In this document: piece by piece, positions 63,428 to 64,000 of the stretch
How the letters are laid out: each line of letters begins with the position of its first letter
Position numbering within the stretch: the stretch's first letter is position 1
NCBI GenBank assembly: GCA_963514005.1
Contig: OY740792.1
Span: 29,512,001 to 29,576,000, forward strand
Reading direction: 5' to 3'
Length of the DNA: 64,000 nt
Source of the DNA: Raja brachyura
Lineage: Eukaryota
The notes under the pieces: model-generated
The model's database searches: none
Seen by the model: only the letters and a program-made list of their open reading frames with translations
Told to the model about the DNA's origin: nothing
Translations under genes and position numbers: made by a program

Positions 63428-64000
63428 CTATAAAGAGATAATTCCATCAAAAATCTTTTAATTGCTTCTAATGCCAGTAAAATAAAATAGAATTCAATAA
63501 AATAGAATGTTGTGAAGAATTATTTACCCACTCCAGTGATCTAATGAAACTAAATTATGCAGGACAATTGTGTTCAGTTTTTGTTTGTTTTCAGAGCTTG
63601 AAGCACTTCTATCAGAAAATGTGACTGTGATATATTACAGATATATGACAGCACCTAAAGCAAACCAAACTCCATCAACATGTTAAGACTTTTAACATGT
63701 TTTATCAAAAGTATTTTTCAAATCTTTAGAGGAAATGTTAAATAAGATAGAATGTCAAAAAGTTACATGTTACACACATATACTATACATTAGCAACAGA
63801 GAGAGAAAAAGGTGTCGTACATTCGAACTAATGAGTTGGAACCACACTGACATTACACTGGATGCTGTCATTGATTACACAGATACACAATCACACCAAT
63901 GCATTTGCTCTCAAGATGAGGCTTTCCACTCTTGGCATCTGAGATGTCCATTTTCTTCAGCAAAAGTGGTTTAACTAACCACCCCTCTCCCCCCCCCCCC

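Overview
Vertebrate genomic DNA, most likely a cartilaginous fish such as a skate or ray (inferred from HE1-type tRNA SINEs, CR1/HER1-like LINEs and Penelope-derived repeats). The only intact host gene is RB1 on the minus strand. Seven coding exons, orthologous to human exons 11-17, splice in frame at GT-AG sites and encode the T356/T373-type CDK sites and pocket box A. Everything else is intronic and rich in transposable elements. Intron 17 (1-25307, open-ended) holds a near-full-length CR1 LINE plus Rex1, Penelope, SINE and DNA-transposon fragments. The ~22.9 kb intron 11 is a stack of nested elements: a defective class I (gamma/epsilon-like) endogenous retrovirus with a tRNA-Pro PBS inserted in a Penelope fragment, an L1-clade LINE, and a DIRS1-type tyrosine-recombinase retrotransposon inserted in a Tc1 element. 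The most interesting signal is a decayed 2H phosphoesterase-like domain (two HxT-type motifs) between protease and reverse transcriptase of the retrovirus. Minimal hammerhead-ribozyme cores recur in Penelope-derived palindromes. There are two assembly gaps. All calls were made by eye; element boundaries are approximate unless termini are quoted.
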